A stretch of DNA of 63,431 nt from an uncultured Clostridia bacterium (GTDB lineage: Bacteria > Bacillota > Clostridia > Christensenellales > CAG-917): positions 1-63,431 of the forward strand of contig CASDRL010000025.1 of the NCBI GenBank assembly GCA_949283145.1. The letters are read 5' to 3'. This document shows positions 63,177-63,431 of this stretch, piece by piece (positions within the stretch are counted from its first letter, which is position 1; the number at the start of each line of letters is the position of its first letter). The translations under genes were made by a program, and so were the position numbers. The notes below the pieces were generated by a model. The model had not been told where the DNA came from and ran no database searches. It worked only from the letters and a program-made list of their open reading frames with translations.

Positions 63177-63431
63177 TCAGTCCTTCCAGGAGGTGTAGTA
63201 GGACTCGTCCTCTTCGGTGTATTTCGCGGCGATGCGCTTCTTTTCTTTCTTGTCCTTTTTGCTGTTGCGGGTCGCGATGAGCACGATGGCTTCCGCGATC
63301 GCCGCCACCACGCCGCCCAGGCACAGCAGCCAGCCCGGATGCCAGAACCCGGAGGGAACGACGATGCCAACGATGACATACACCATCACGCACACGATCT
63401 CGATGACGATGGGCAGCTCTATCCAGCGGAA
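63177..63431 (-). CDS. Small membrane protein, probably 5'-truncated by the window edge
   Basis: Two hydrophobic helices followed by a KKDKKEKK tail. The frame stays open to position 63431. Confidence 0.4.
   Translation of the reverse strand, partial: FRWIELPIVIEIVCVMVYVIVGIVVPSGFWHPGWLLCLGGVVAAIAEAIVLIATRNSKKDKKEKKRIAAKYTEEDESYYTSWKD

Overview
High-GC (about 60%) chromosomal segment of an endospore-forming Firmicute, Clostridia-like (spo0A, sigH, yabP/yabQ; AdhE/Rex/[FeFe]-hydrogenase fermentative metabolism). Most of the window is core genome. In order: spo0A; proS; mrnC-rlmB-sigH; rpsF-ssb-rpsR; ung; a ZIP/MntR metal pair; a tRNA-Ala/tRNA-Ile operon; a cobalamin-riboswitch uptake unit; yabPQ; a short alaS; a two-component system; rocD-bioY; an 8-gene aromatic amino acid (aro) supraoperon; a rex-adhE-kinase-ferredoxin-hydS-PP2C-hydA cluster; pstSCAB-phoU; and a collagen-like/LRR lipoprotein. 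Three things stand out. (1) Intergenic regions are packed with nested repeat families, about 9% of the window by my coordinates. They include six copies of a 390-560 nt element (called L here) whose helices show compensatory, strand-specific (G.U) substitutions. I read it as a candidate mobile structured RNA, with no cognate transposase or nuclease gene in the window. (2) The aro supraoperon is preceded by a 28-codon Tyr/Phe-rich leader ORF with a mutually exclusive antiterminator/terminator, i.e. a classical ribosome-mediated attenuator. (3) A putative H2-sensing module, a PAS-domain sensory [FeFe] hydrogenase translationally coupled to a PP2C phosphatase plus an APH-fold kinase, sits between rex-adhE and a catalytic-type hydrogenase. 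CDS coordinates are anchored to the ORF track. Coordinates of repeats, promoters and terminators were read by eye and may be off by 1-3 nt. No database search was possible, so family names rest on motifs I recognise.
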